A stretch of DNA of 64,000 nt from Candidatus Latescibacterota bacterium (GCA_965248755.1 OZ252149.1:1-64000); one strand, 5' to 3'. Positions 1-11,647 are shown, numbered from the stretch's first letter. Notes: generated by a model not told the origin, from the sequence alone. A program made the numbers and translations.

Positions 1-830
1 AAAACCGTCTTCGTCATAGAGCGGAGCCATGCGCACATTTGTCCCTTCCACAGCCCTTTTAACCTCATCGGCAGCGTTCTCCATCAAAACGCCTATGCCC
101 GCAGACAGTATCATAGGAAGATCGTTGTCCCCGTCCCCTATTGCCATCGCATCTTTCATCGAAAGCCCGTTCCTTTGACATATGCTCTCCACAGCCGCTT
201 TTTTGCTCACATCTGGATGCATAAGCTCCAGCCTGTCCGTGTGCGTCTTGGCGATATAGAGTGAATCTTTGTATCTATCCTTAAGTTCGTCGAAAACTCT
301 GTCCCGATTCTCTTCCCCCGGAAGCACCATCATTTTGGGAGGAGGCCCTAGTTTTTATTCATTATCCTATCTGTAAGACCCTCATCAAACTCGTACGTTG
401 CCCCTGTCTGGGTCTCGAGTATTCTCGTAGATGGGGAAGGACGAAGGACTATAAGTTTTTCATCCATCCGGCCGTTTCCGTCCATCTCAAACTGATAATA
501 GACAAGATCATAGCCATTGTCCCGGACATAATCTGTAAGATCGAGCATCTTATCTTCCGTCATCCTCTGCACATAAATCAACTCCCTTGCGTTCCTATCC
601 ACAGGTTCCAGGACGACAGCCCCGTTGTAGGAAACAATATATATTCTCTCAAACAATTGAAGCTTATCGTTGAAAGGACTGCTGCTCCTGTCCACATTTT
701 CTCCCGCTCACAGAAGCTATTAGATTACCTCTTTGGAGAGCTTCCTCTAAAACTTTTATTCCATCTTCGGAGAATCCCCTGTCCACTGCTAAAGCAGTAT
801 CGTCCAGATCAAAAGCGATTAACTAGCCAA
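1..830 (-). pseudogene. Cof-type HAD phosphatase, frameshifted, runs off window start
   Basis: Minus strand gives LIAFDLDDT (motif I) after a GGGAGG RBS, IVSYNGA, and KKAAV...AIGDGDNDLPM...MENA (motif IV), split over several frames. Confidence 0.85.
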
Positions 831-869
831 TTTTCCTCCCAAAAGTTTATCGAATTTAATTCACAATAA

Positions 870-2525
870 TCACGCACTGTCGTCCAGAATCTTTCCCAGA
901 CTTCCACCTGGATAGCACTTGTGGAAATCCTGCTTTGTGAATTCCTTGGCGTCATTTAAAGACATTGCAAGGCAATCTTCAAGGACGAGTTGGCACGTTG
1001 TGCTTGGAGTAGGTGTCAACTCAAAAGATATCGCCTCTTTCTGCGCTGGGACAGGCAGAAGGACATTGCTCAACTTCGCAAGCTCAGATTTGTATTCCTT
1101 AAGTAATCCCTACAACGTAATCCCTATATCATAAGCTCATTTATGCTTGATCGTCCTGATGCCATCCAACAGTTCCCTTTTGGCATCACCCTGAAAGATA
1201 GCTATAACCACATCCCCTTCGTTGAGTTAATCGCTCTCACCGTGATTTACGTCAACGGGGTCGAGAAAATAGGCGGGAGTTCCCACACTCTGCAACGCAG
1301 GGGCGATCTTCTCGGCTAAAAGTCTCGGTTTACACAAAACCGTCACGTAAATACGGCCTCCCTTACTCTGAACGTTTCTTATCAACCCCATAGCTTCGCG
1401 ATTATAATCCCCCCCATCCCTAAATAGAGAGCCCCTAATGATCTATCTGGTTCCTCACAGTTTCTATGCCTACGGAAGTGCAATCGTTCGCTCCTTCACT
1501 CTGGCCTATCAATATACCTTCAAGGGCATCTACTCTCCCTCTATCGTAGAGAGATCCTACATACTCCAGACTACTGTCCATAACGGGAAACGCGCCAGCC
1601 ACAGTACAGCACGCAGCCCCGCACGCATTTGCAAGCTTTCCTATATCCTCTAAAGACAAGCCATAATATATCCCGGCAATCACGCCCCCCAGGAAAGCGT
1701 CTCCTGCTCCTGTCGTATCTCTCGCAACTACACTGTTGGACTTTACCCTCACGATAGAGCCCCCATCATAGAGAACGCTCCCTTCTGCGCCGTCCGTAAC
1801 AGCTACTAACCTGGGGCTGTACTTCTGGAATATGTCCCTCGCCTTATCCTCAGATGTATCGCCCCCTACTATCTGGTCCGCAACGGCCTTGGCAGGCTTG
1901 ATAAGATCAGCCAGAGAAAAGAGCTTTTTCAAACTCCTTTCTACTTCCCAAGCCAGCCAAATCCACAGCGAAACTCGGGGGAACGTCCACATCTAAAACC
2001 GTCGGAACATCACTTTCCTTGGCTATACTCAGCACAGCTACAACAGCATCTAACGGGAGCTGTGAGATCTCAGTTGTCACCATCCCGGCGTTCGAAATGC
2101 ACTCCGAGAACTCCCTTTTTATGTCCTCAGATGTCGTGGTCCCCGTCAGAGCCGACGCCATGTATATGGCCCTTTCCGCATGGGTATCCACGTTTATGAT
2201 CGCAAAAGTGGACGATTTTCCCTCCTTAACCTTGACGTAACTCCTTTCGATCCCATGAACGTCCATAGTACCCCTTATGAACTTTCCGAATCTATCGTCC
2301 CCCTGAAATCCAAAGAGACCCCGTACGGACGCCCAAGAGCCTGGCCCATGCAAGATGATTCAGTACAACTCCCCCTGCGACCTCCTTTACCATATTCCCT
2401 TCATTGTTAGGGAGGATATACGTCTTTTCATCTTTGCCCGCGATCCTGCGCACCCTGTAGATTACGTCCACCGCATTGCTCCCGATGCCCATAATCAGTT
2501 TATGTCTATCTATCTTGATCTGCAT
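870..2525 (-). pseudogene. PfkB carbohydrate kinase fused to KdsD/GutQ-like SIS domain, multiple frameshifts and stops
   Basis: Fragments GIGSNAVD, AGGVVLNHL, GDDRFG, DTTGAGDAF (PfkB), then SIS-type LTPTPSTT...DCLAM...YPGGSLG with internal stops. Confidence 0.8.
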
Positions 2526-2817
2526 TCTTAATGTCCCTAAATAAGTAAATACTATCCCCCAACCCACAATATGAATCCCCGATAGACTCAATCGGGGATC
2601 AGGGGTTCAATCGTGGCTAGACAGCATCCCGACTCTTCCCCAGAGGTGTTGTCTACTCTTTTGGGAGGCACTTCACATATCCTAAAATTAGCATAGTTTA
2701 GGTTGGCTGTCAATGTAAAGCGATAAAAAGGAGAGGGGTTCAGTTAAGAAACCCCTCAATCAGAAACTCTGAACTATCCGGCCCTTTATCCAGTTCGGTC
2801 ACTTGATCTAAAACGCG

Positions 2818-3579
2818 TTATTCATCTGTCCTGGGATGACCCACAATAGTCCATCCACCGTCAACTACCAGACTTGTCCCCGTAATAAACGAGGCGTCAT
2901 CAGAAGCTAAGAATATCACAGCCTTAGCTATATCCTCAGGCTGCCCCATACGCTTCATTGGGGTCATCCGGGCCCAGTGGTCCATCTCTTCTTGATCAAT
3001 CCCACTCCAGGCAGCAGTCAGAATAGCCCCCGGGAGCACTGCGTTCGCCCGGATCTGGGGTCCAAAATCCAGTGCCAAAGAGCGTGTAAGTCCTATGACA
3101 CCGGCTTTTGCGGCATCGTACGCAGCATACTTATGAAAGGAGACAAGACTGTGAATAGATGCCGTGTTAACGACAGCTCCTCCACCCGTCTTCAGCATCT
3201 GGGGGATTGCAAGCTTACATCCCATGTATACAGCCTTGAGACAGACGTCCAGCGTATGATCCCAATCCTCCTCAGAGATAGTCATCGCCGTCCCTCCGGA
3301 ATGCCAGTAGGCGTTGTTGTGCAAAACGTCTATCTTCCCGTAACTATCCACAGCCACTCCTATCATCTCTTCAACTCCCTTTGCAGTCCCCACATCGGCG
3401 TAACAGGAGACGCCCTTTCCCTCTTTCGATTCAATCATAGAAACCGTCTCTCTTGCGCCCTCCTCATCCACGTCTGCAACTATGACCTTTGCTCCCTCCC
3501 CTGCCATCAAGAGGGCTGTCCCCCGACCTATCCCCGACGCTCCCCCAGTAACAATCGCAACTTTATCTTGAAGTCTCAC
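2818..3579 (-). CDS. SDR family NAD(P)-dependent oxidoreductase
   Basis: TGGASGIG, NNA, YDAAK, VDGG motifs. Confidence 0.92.
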   Translation of the reverse strand: MRLQDKVAIVTGGASGIGRGTALLMAGEGAKVIVADVDEEGARETVSMIESKEGKGVSCYADVGTAKGVEEMIGVAVDSYGKIDVLHNNAYWHSGGTAMTISEEDWDHTLDVCLKAVYMGCKLAIPQMLKTGGGAVVNTASIHSLVSFHKYAAYDAAKAGVIGLTRSLALDFGPQIRANAVLPGAILTAAWSGIDQEEMDHWARMTPMKRMGQPEDIAKAVIFLASDDASFITGTSLVVDGGWTIVGHPRTDE

Positions 3580-3711
3580 GGCTTAATTCCTTCTCCTACA
3601 AATAGATCTTGATACCTTCCGCCATACACAACGACGATTTTCAAAATCGCCGTTGAAATTGCGTCGGGGGATTTCATCTCTCTTGCAATGACCAAAAGTA
3701 AGCAATATCAA

Positions 3712-5574
3712 TCAGAGTTTTCCGAGCGAAACTATCCTCTTTTTATCTATCTTCAAAAGATAGACGTTCTCGTTCTGATGGCTCTGGCTTCCGAATGAGA
3801 TCCTCCCTGAAACCCCCTCAAAGTCCCTTACCTTTTGAAGAGTATTCTTCAAATTTTCCCTGGTCCTGTGACCTATACTTAGTTCTCTCAGCACCAGCGA
3901 CATAGCGTCGTAGCCGAAAGCGGCTGCCGTTGAGGGCGACCTTCCAAATTTACGTCTGAACGAACTTATAAACCGATTGATCGCCGGTGATCCTAAATCT
4001 TCAAAATACCCGGATACGAATAGGGCTCCCTCCACGTAGCTCCCGCTCATTCTGATTATGTTCTGAGAATTCCACTGGCTTCCTCCCAAAAGTTGGGTCT
4101 CGATCCTCTTCAAAGCTATCTGAGGGGCTATCAATATCACATCATCAGAAGCGCCCGCTATCAGAACGCCGTCAATAGTCCCCACAGGCTGTAATTCCTC
4201 TTCCTCGGGGAGGTCCTCCTCAAAAGCGGTAGTGTCCACCCTTGAGGTATCCGCTGCCAATAGTATATCCTGGAGCAAGAGCCCAGCGTTCCTTATCCTC
4301 TGTAATTGCTCTTTGAAATCCTTTGTGCCCGGAAAATATCTCTCCTCCTGCAGGACTCTTCCCCCCAATTCCTCCACCCTCGATCTGAAACTTCTGGACA
4401 TCTCCTGTCCGTACATATCCATAGAGGCGATTAGGGCAAACGTCTCCAGGTTCAGTGTCCCCACAGCGTATTCGGCCATCCTCTTTCCTTGAACCTCTGG
4501 AGTTGAGTTGATCTGAAACACGTAAGGTCCAATTGAGGCTATCGGGCCCTCTGAAGCGGTAGGAGCGATCAGTGGAACCGATTCGGAGTTTGCCACCGCT
4601 GCTGCCCCTATAGTCGTAGAACTGTAAAGAGGTCCGACTATAGCAAGGACTCTGTCCTTTTCTATCAACTTCTGGACCACCTTCACCGCAGTTATCGGAT
4701 CGCTTCTTGAATTTTCAACTATTAATTCGATTGCCCCCCTACGGGAAAGCGAGGAGTGTTCCAAGGCTAACTTTGCCCCGTCTCTTAGATCCTCGCCGTA
4801 GATTCTTCCCTCGCCGGAAAGTGGACAGATGACACCTATCTTATCCGATGACCAGCTTGTACGATAGCTTACTTGCACTCCCACCTCTATCTCCTCCCTT
4901 AAAGCTATCGCCTCATTCAAGAATAGACCGTCTGGGAAGTTCCTAATGTAGCTGTCCACCTTCTCAGCCGCCAGATGAGAATAGCCCCACCTGAAAATCC
5001 ATCTTGCTTCGCCTAAAAGAAGTCCTTCCTCCACAACTCCTGGATCGAACTTCTCTTTTATGTCCTCGATTTCGGATTTGGACAGATTTGTCAATGCCAC
5101 GACCGACAGACGCTCAGCTGCTTTCAACTTTAAGTCTGTCTCCTGTGTCCCCACCAGGACAAGCGCGTATTTGAACACAGCCTCGACGAACCTTCCCTGA
5201 CGAAAATAAGAATCGCCTGCCGCATAATCGGCGTCCCAGAGGTACCTGCTCGACGGGAACTCACTTTTCAATTCCTCGGCGACAGAGATCGCCAGTTCGT
5301 AGTCGCTCAGCTTGTAGACCGTCTTGGCTAACATCAACTTTGCTGCGGATGACTTCTGATTGATGGGGAATTTCTCTAATACCTCCTGAAATTCGAGCCG
5401 CGCTCTTTGAAAGTGTCCCTTCACATACCTTTCTATTCCTCTTTGGAAGACGTCCTCAGCCTCTTGATCGAAAAGGCGCGTCTCTTTATCTTCCGATTCT
5501 CCGAAAGCCTCTGTGGCAAAATAGAGAACCACTGCAAATAGCAGAAATATTCTATATTCTCTGACTGGCATCAC
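3712..5574 (-). CDS. Exported TPR (BamD-like) plus type I periplasmic binding (LivK/LpoA-like) protein
   Basis: Signal peptide, TPR-like helices, KIGVICPLSG and AFGYDA motifs. Confidence 0.75.
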   Translation of the reverse strand: MMPVREYRIFLLFAVVLYFATEAFGESEDKETRLFDQEAEDVFQRGIERYVKGHFQRARLEFQEVLEKFPINQKSSAAKLMLAKTVYKLSDYELAISVAEELKSEFPSSRYLWDADYAAGDSYFRQGRFVEAVFKYALVLVGTQETDLKLKAAERLSVVALTNLSKSEIEDIKEKFDPGVVEEGLLLGEARWIFRWGYSHLAAEKVDSYIRNFPDGLFLNEAIALREEIEVGVQVSYRTSWSSDKIGVICPLSGEGRIYGEDLRDGAKLALEHSSLSRRGAIELIVENSRSDPITAVKVVQKLIEKDRVLAIVGPLYSSTTIGAAAVANSESVPLIAPTASEGPIASIGPYVFQINSTPEVQGKRMAEYAVGTLNLETFALIASMDMYGQEMSRSFRSRVEELGGRVLQEERYFPGTKDFKEQLQRIRNAGLLLQDILLAADTSRVDTTAFEEDLPEEEELQPVGTIDGVLIAGASDDVILIAPQIALKRIETQLLGGSQWNSQNIIRMSGSYVEGALFVSGYFEDLGSPAINRFISSFRRKFGRSPSTAAAFGYDAMSLVLRELSIGHRTRENLKNTLQKVRDFEGVSGRISFGSQSHQNENVYLLKIDKKRIVSLGKL

Positions 5575-6047
5575 AGCTTAAAATTCCCAAAATCTTCAGG
5601 ATTAATCCTCTGTACTCTGTCCTTCAGACTTTCTCCACTTTCCTCTATATCTTCTATCTGGATACCCTCAACTCGTTCTAGAAGCTCCCCGGCAACAAAT
5701 ATTGGAGCGTGAGTTTTTAAAGCCATAATTATGGAATCGCTTGGACGGGCATCCACCTTTACAATCCTATTTTCCCTTTGAAGATAGAGTTGAGCGTAGT
5801 AGGTACTGTCTACAAGATTGGACACTTCCACCTTAATTACCTTTGCCTCTAAAGTGTCAAGGAGCATCTCCAGCAGGTCGTGAGATAAGGGACGCTTGTA
5901 CTTCTGATCCTGGACCTCCCCAGCTATAGCCCTTGCCTCCGCCTCACCTATCCATATAGGAAGGACTCGATCCCCGCTCAACTCCTTCAACAAAACAATG
6001 TGTCCTGTCTGATCGATAAGAAGAGTGGCTATCTTTACCTCAACCAT
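5571..6047 (-). CDS. Bifunctional nuclease family (DUF151)
   Basis: LPIWIGEAEA, RPLSHDL, DARPSD; native ATG at 6047, upstream ORF extension is IS-derived. Confidence 0.88.
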   Translation of the reverse strand: MVEVKIATLLIDQTGHIVLLKELSGDRVLPIWIGEAEARAIAGEVQDQKYKRPLSHDLLEMLLDTLEAKVIKVEVSNLVDSTYYAQLYLQRENRIVKVDARPSDSIIMALKTHAPIFVAGELLERVEGIQIEDIEESGESLKDRVQRINPEDFGNFKL

Positions 6048-6051
6048 TAGT

Positions 6052-7677
6052 CCGACATTCCCCATATCACATTCATGAGGGATTATATTTCGATACATTC
6101 TTGTTTCTGAATTAATATTACCACTTTTACATTTTTCAACAAGTACTTTTTTCAATTAAAATAGTATTTTCCTCTGAATTATCACTTTCTTTGTGTTTAA
6201 ATCCTCCAATTAGAGACACCTCTCCATCGACTCACAAAAAAATGTGGCAGTTTAAACAGAATAACATCGCAATCGTTCAATCCGGGATAATATTTCGGCA
6301 AATAACCTCTTGTCTATCCCAACCTCAGCCATTTGAAACGTAATATATCCGCTGTGTCTGACAATCTTCGCTCCGATTTTGATAAATTTCACGAGGAGGC
6401 TGCGTAGTGACCAGTGTTTGATTTTCTTCGGAAGAACAAAACGTCGCAGGAAGTTGCCCAAGTTGTAAGCCAGAACAAACAGCCAGAGCCTCACCTGATT
6501 GGAGACGAAACGCTTGCATGAGAGTCGGGTCCAGTTCAGAGCATACTTGCCCTCCTTAATCCACTGCTCAGCTCTGCCACGGCCATTGTAGAAGTGTACC
6601 ACGCCTTCTGGCTTGGCGCTCATGTTGGTCACGATAAATCCCACTCTTGGGAATAACTCCCCTTGGTGCCATTCAACCTTGGCGACCACTCGCCTCGATT
6701 GATCCCAACTGGCCGCTTTATATTGAAATTCATATAACGATACAATCGGTTTCCTCGGCGGTCGTCCAACTGGCCGAGTCAGCAGGTATCGTATCTTTTC
6801 ATAGAGTATCTCATTTGCGGGAAGCCGAATGGCATACAAATAGCCGTTTCCCTCCAGATAATCATAAATCTCAGGCTTTGCGAATGCAGCATCGCCTCGA
6901 AAGTATTTCCTATTCTTCTTGCTCTCGTATCTCTTGACGATCGGTTCCAGAACTTCCTTCCAACGATCAGCACTGTGAACATTACCAGAGCGAAGTAGGA
7001 CTCCTTCACAATCCCCGAACTGATTGAAGCAGAACACTGGATGAAAACAGGTACATCCGAAATGACCGTTGTAAGCTGATCCTTCCTGCTGGCCATGTAC
7101 CGGACTCTCCGAACTGTCCATGTCCAGAATGATTCGTTGATGCTGTGTTTTACTCATCGCTTTTTGAACCCACTTGCCATTGATATCTGACAAGTTTCTG
7201 AGATTGTCATGCTGAGTCAGTATATCAGTTTCAAAACGTCCTATCGTGTTGGAGCTGGCAGCTTGCCTGCCTTTGTCCTTCTTTCCGGTAATCGCTCGCA
7301 TGACGGGATCAACGGATAATCGCTCGGCGTCATTTACATCTTCATATCCTGCAAGACGGCTGTATATCGATTGACGCAGGAGAGTAGATATATCATGTTG
7401 GATATTACGGCCTGTGCGTTTATCGGTAAAAACCGCTGATACCGAATCAAATAATCCCAGTGCGTAATCAAGGTCACGATACGCAAGAAGTCCACCGTTT
7501 GATGTCACCTTTGCACCATGAAATTCAAGCTTTATTCCTCCATCAAAACCTACTTTGATTCTTTCACCCTCTGGATGATCAATATTTATCCGCCATTTAT
7601 GAGTCTTATTTATTGTAATATAACATGTTCTGGCGACTTTGACAACCATTTTTCGGGTCTAATATGGCGAATGGGGG
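6052..7677 (-). mobile_element. IS1380-family insertion sequence, copy 1 (1626 bp)
   Basis: 16-bp imperfect TIRs CCCCCATTCGCCATAT / CCGACATTCCCCATAT; 5-bp TSD TTAGT at 6047-6051 and 7678-7682. Confidence 0.95.
6252..7649 (-). CDS. IS1380-family DDE transposase
   Basis: GYEDVND, LDMDSS, RGDAAF, YNGRGRAEQWIKEGK motifs. Confidence 0.95.
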   Translation of the reverse strand: MVVKVARTCYITINKTHKWRINIDHPEGERIKVGFDGGIKLEFHGAKVTSNGGLLAYRDLDYALGLFDSVSAVFTDKRTGRNIQHDISTLLRQSIYSRLAGYEDVNDAERLSVDPVMRAITGKKDKGRQAASSNTIGRFETDILTQHDNLRNLSDINGKWVQKAMSKTQHQRIILDMDSSESPVHGQQEGSAYNGHFGCTCFHPVFCFNQFGDCEGVLLRSGNVHSADRWKEVLEPIVKRYESKKNRKYFRGDAAFAKPEIYDYLEGNGYLYAIRLPANEILYEKIRYLLTRPVGRPPRKPIVSLYEFQYKAASWDQSRRVVAKVEWHQGELFPRVGFIVTNMSAKPEGVVHFYNGRGRAEQWIKEGKYALNWTRLSCKRFVSNQVRLWLFVLAYNLGNFLRRFVLPKKIKHWSLRSLLVKFIKIGAKIVRHSGYITFQMAEVGIDKRLFAEILSRIERLRCYSV

Positions 7678-7948
7678 TTAGTACCTCCCGGAGTTAAACG
7701 CGACCGTGTACCAGAAATGAGACTATATATTCTGCCCGCCTTGGCTGCTTACCTCACCGTGAATATATCAATTTGAGCCGAGTTGGTCAAGGGAAATATT
7801 CTTCCCGCACTTGCATATGCCTAATCTTTCACCTGTTCCCACCATTTTTTGGGATGATCTCTGTGAATTCAGTTGACTTTTTGTTCAAATTCATTAATCT
7901 TAGGATTATAGACACCGCTGATAACGTACAGCACAGGAGATATGGAGA

Positions 7949-8905
7949 ATGGCTAAATTTAAGATACTTCTGTTTGAGGAGATGAACGAATCCGGGAAAA
8001 ACTATCTTGTAGAAAACTGCGCTGAGATCGTCTGGTCGCCCGCCTGGGAATCTGGAGACGAAAGACTCCTTGAGGCCATACAAAATATCTCCGGCATAAT
8101 ATTCAGAGCCAAAGGGAGGGCTGATCGGTGGTTGATGGACCACGCTCCCAAACTCAAGGTCATAGCAAGACACGGTGTAGGCCTGGATAACGTGGACGTA
8201 GAGGAGGCCACCAAAAGGGGAATAAGGGTTGTCTACACACCTCTTGCTAATGCCGAAGCCGTCGCAGAACACGCAGTTATGATGATGGCTCTTATTGCCA
8301 GAAGAATCCTCGAGGTGGATCGCGCCCTTCGGCAGGGTGCATGGGAGGTAAGAAATACTCATACAGGCCCGGAGCTATGGGAAAAGACCGTCGGAATAGT
8401 GGGATTTGGGAAGATCGGAAGACGCGTTGGAGAAATATGCCGCAGATCCTACAATATGCAGATCCTCTACTACGACATAGTAGACTATCCAGAGGAAGAA
8501 GAAAGACTCCAAGCCCGGAGGGTACCTGTTGAAGAACTCCTCGAACGGTCGGACTACGTATCCGTCAATGCACCCCTTACCGAGGACACCTACCATCTTA
8601 TAGGAGAGGAGGAGTTGCAAGTAATAAAAAAGGGTTCTTATCTGGTCAACACTTCACGGGGTGCCGTGATAGATGAGTCCGCGCTGGTGCGCGCCCTTGA
8701 AGATGGCAGAATAGCCGCCGCCGGCATAGATGTCTTTGAGGACGAACCGCCCACTCCTGATAACCCTCTCTTCAAGATAGACAACGCAGTGGTCACACCG
8801 CACATCGCTGGGCAGAGTAACGAATCTATGAAGAATATGTCTATGGTCGCTGTGGACATAATTAGAGTGCTCAACGACCAGGAACCTCAATTCCCAGCAA
8901 ATTAA
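7949..8905 (+). CDS. D-2-hydroxyacid/phosphoglycerate dehydrogenase family
   Basis: RHGVGLDNVD, GFGKIG, NTSRG, DVFEDEP, TPHIAG. Confidence 0.9.
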   Translation: MAKFKILLFEEMNESGKNYLVENCAEIVWSPAWESGDERLLEAIQNISGIIFRAKGRADRWLMDHAPKLKVIARHGVGLDNVDVEEATKRGIRVVYTPLANAEAVAEHAVMMMALIARRILEVDRALRQGAWEVRNTHTGPELWEKTVGIVGFGKIGRRVGEICRRSYNMQILYYDIVDYPEEEERLQARRVPVEELLERSDYVSVNAPLTEDTYHLIGEEELQVIKKGSYLVNTSRGAVIDESALVRALEDGRIAAAGIDVFEDEPPTPDNPLFKIDNAVVTPHIAGQSNESMKNMSMVAVDIIRVLNDQEPQFPAN

Positions 8906-9056
8906 GCAAGTAGGGAAGAGCCCCCGATCCCCAATTGACGCTATTGGGGACTCAATCACGGATAGAAAGAGGCACCCACTCTCCGCCTGTAAGGTGTCTA
9001 CTAATCTAAATAGCCATTAATTTAAAAGCCATAATCTTATCCAGACTGGAGAAGAT

Positions 9057-9524
9057 TTGATTCCGGGGACCTACATCCTGAACATAAAATTGTCCGAGAT
9101 CTTCGAAGCTGAGATAGGCAAATTAGGTAAGTTTCACTTTCCCACAGGAACCTACCTGTATGCAGGAAGCGCTCTCGGTGGACTTAAGATCCGACTCTTG
9201 CGTCACCTAAGGGGCGGATTTCTGCACTGGCATATAGACTATCTTTTGCTTTGCGGCCGAGTAGATGGCGCGTGGATTCTCGTATCCGAGCGAAGCTTAG
9301 AATGCCTTGTAGCCGACACTTTGTCGGAATACTTCTGGCAACCTGTTCGCTCATTCGGCTCATCTGACTGCAACTGTTTATCACATCTGTTCTGCGCCCC
9401 AGTAAATTATGATTTTATCGATGAAATCCCCCGACTGCTCAGCTTAAGCTTCTCTGATCTTCCCTCTCTATACCTTGCCCCCGACAGATTCAACGACACT
9501 GTTCTTGTCGGCGATAAAACATGA
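9057..9524 (+). CDS. GIY-YIG/Uri superfamily nuclease (DUF123)
   Basis: GTYIL...YLYAGSA, HWHIDYLL, FGSSDCNCLSHL. Confidence 0.82.
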   Translation: MIPGTYILNIKLSEIFEAEIGKLGKFHFPTGTYLYAGSALGGLKIRLLRHLRGGFLHWHIDYLLLCGRVDGAWILVSERSLECLVADTLSEYFWQPVRSFGSSDCNCLSHLFCAPVNYDFIDEIPRLLSLSFSDLPSLYLAPDRFNDTVLVGDKT

Positions 9525-9542
9525 TCCCTTCCATAGAAAAAA

Positions 9543-11465
9543 GTGACAGATCAACTACCATTACTTAAGAGGATACCCCTAATCTGTGGATTCGGTATCT
9601 TTCTATCTTACAGGCTTGTTGGCATTACATACGCTCAAATTACAGACCTTTCAGAGGACGTATTAGACGCAGACAGTCAATCGGGATACGAAGAGTTAGT
9701 TGAGGTCTTAAGCGGTGGACGAATAGACCTCAACTTGGTACGGTCACAGGAACTTTCAATCGCACCTTTTCTGTCAGAGCAGGAGGCTCGGCTGATCCTG
9801 AGATTCCGCAGGACCAACGGACCGTTTGAAAGCACAGATGACCTCTATAAAATAGAAGGTCTGGGAAGAGACACAGCGGAAGCACTCTCCAGATACGGAT
9901 ACGTTTCCGGTATCGCAGCGGACGTTCCGCCTCAATCGGTCAAAAAACATCGTAAACTAATATCTCGTGTCAGGTTGATCACAAAAGTTTCCGAAGATGA
10001 ATCAGGTTCTTTTTTCAAGTTGTCCAGATTCTACCAAAGGACGGAGCTTTCATCGGGACAGGACATAGATGTCCTCATACTTTCTGAGAAAGATCCCAAA
10101 GAAGACAGCCCCACGGATTTTGCGGCAGGATACATAGAGATCAAAGACAAGTTCGATCTGGATAAAATTGTCCTGGGGAACTTGAGGCCTGGATTTGCTC
10201 AGGGACTGATATTTAGCCGATGGCAGTCGGTCTTAACGACTTCGGAGTCGGTCAAAAGGAAAGACTCCACATCCGTCGGCTATCGCTCCAGCTTCGAGAA
10301 CGGAGCCTTAAGGGGCGTATTCGCAAAGAAATCCCTCCCCAACTTCCAGGGAGCACTCTTTTTTTCATCCTCCAGAATGGACGCTGCTTTGGACAAAGAC
10401 GGAAACGTCACACGCATCGACGAAGACGGCGTTCACGTCTCTGATCTCCAGAAAGAAAGAAAAGACGCCCTTACGGAAAAACTGACAGGCGCAAGGCTAT
10501 CTTTTAAGGTAAATAAGGCGTTGAACTTAGGCTCTACCTTCTCCTTCTCCTCCTTCGATCCGCCATTTCAAAGGGATAACATGGAGAAAAGACGCTTTGC
10601 CTTCGAAGGGGATAAACTCCTGCTTTGGGGATGGGATTTTGATTGGAGAGGAGAGAAACTGAACCTATTCGGAGAATTTGCACTATCGGATGAACCGAGC
10701 GCCGCCTACATCTTGGGGGCAGTGGCCGACTTGGGAGAAGTAGACATCAGAGTGTTGGCCAGAAACTATGCTGCAGACTTCCACAGCTTTCACGGTTCGG
10801 CCTTCTCGTCCCTGGGCGGAGAAGTCAACAACGAAAAGGGCATATTCAGCGGGATAAGCTGGGATCTCAACAAAAGGACAAAGATAAGGGCTTTCCTGGA
10901 TCAATACAGCCGTCCCTGGCGCACCTTTAGCGTGCCGCTTCCAAGCCGGGGGACAAACTCAGGCGCTACAATTAAATATAAGCTCTCCAGAAAACTAAGA
11001 TTAAGCTTGCGCTTCAGATCAAAATCCAGCGAGAACTTTCAAGCAGAAATAGGCGTCAGGGATAAAAAGAAGAACAATCTGCGCGCAGACGCCGAATGGA
11101 GATTGCAGAAGAACTATCTTTTAAAGTGGAGAATCGAACTTTCGCGGGCTACGCTTAACGATGGGGAAAAGACCGAAAAAGGCATATCGGGCTTTGGAGA
11201 AATCCGCTTGAAGCCCTCGAAACTGCTCCGAGTCAATACCAGACTCACACTCTTTGATATCGATTCCCGCGATTCGGCGATATATGAGTTCGAGCAGGAT
11301 CTCCCGGGGCTCGGATTCCCAAGACAGTTGAACGGAAGGGGCATAAAGTGGTATTTAATAGGGAAATATAAGCTTAAATGGATGATCCTATCCGGGAAAT
11401 ACCGCATATTCAAACGAGAAACACCGATCCGTGAATTTTCCTTTCAAACAGATATAGTCCTGTAG
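9543..11465 (+). CDS. ComEA-like helix-hairpin-helix protein with probable outer-membrane beta-barrel
   Basis: IDLN...RRTNGPFESTDDLYKIEGLG HhH motif, EKDPKE, amphipathic beta-strand C-terminus. Confidence 0.75.
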   Translation: MTDQLPLLKRIPLICGFGIFLSYRLVGITYAQITDLSEDVLDADSQSGYEELVEVLSGGRIDLNLVRSQELSIAPFLSEQEARLILRFRRTNGPFESTDDLYKIEGLGRDTAEALSRYGYVSGIAADVPPQSVKKHRKLISRVRLITKVSEDESGSFFKLSRFYQRTELSSGQDIDVLILSEKDPKEDSPTDFAAGYIEIKDKFDLDKIVLGNLRPGFAQGLIFSRWQSVLTTSESVKRKDSTSVGYRSSFENGALRGVFAKKSLPNFQGALFFSSSRMDAALDKDGNVTRIDEDGVHVSDLQKERKDALTEKLTGARLSFKVNKALNLGSTFSFSSFDPPFQRDNMEKRRFAFEGDKLLLWGWDFDWRGEKLNLFGEFALSDEPSAAYILGAVADLGEVDIRVLARNYAADFHSFHGSAFSSLGGEVNNEKGIFSGISWDLNKRTKIRAFLDQYSRPWRTFSVPLPSRGTNSGATIKYKLSRKLRLSLRFRSKSSENFQAEIGVRDKKKNNLRADAEWRLQKNYLLKWRIELSRATLNDGEKTEKGISGFGEIRLKPSKLLRVNTRLTLFDIDSRDSAIYEFEQDLPGLGFPRQLNGRGIKWYLIGKYKLKWMILSGKYRIFKRETPIREFSFQTDIVL

Positions 11466-11647
11466 AACAACGGAAGGGGGACACCCTTGCTCTTCCTCGT
11501 CCGGGGCCGACACGCGGCTCTGCCCCCACTGTCTGCTTGTTTTTGTGCAACTTTAGTGAATATGTTCAGTCGTATTACTAAGATGCATAAGAGTAGATCC
11601 TTCTGATTTCCCTAGGACGATTTCAAGGGCGAAACACCAGTTCAGTA

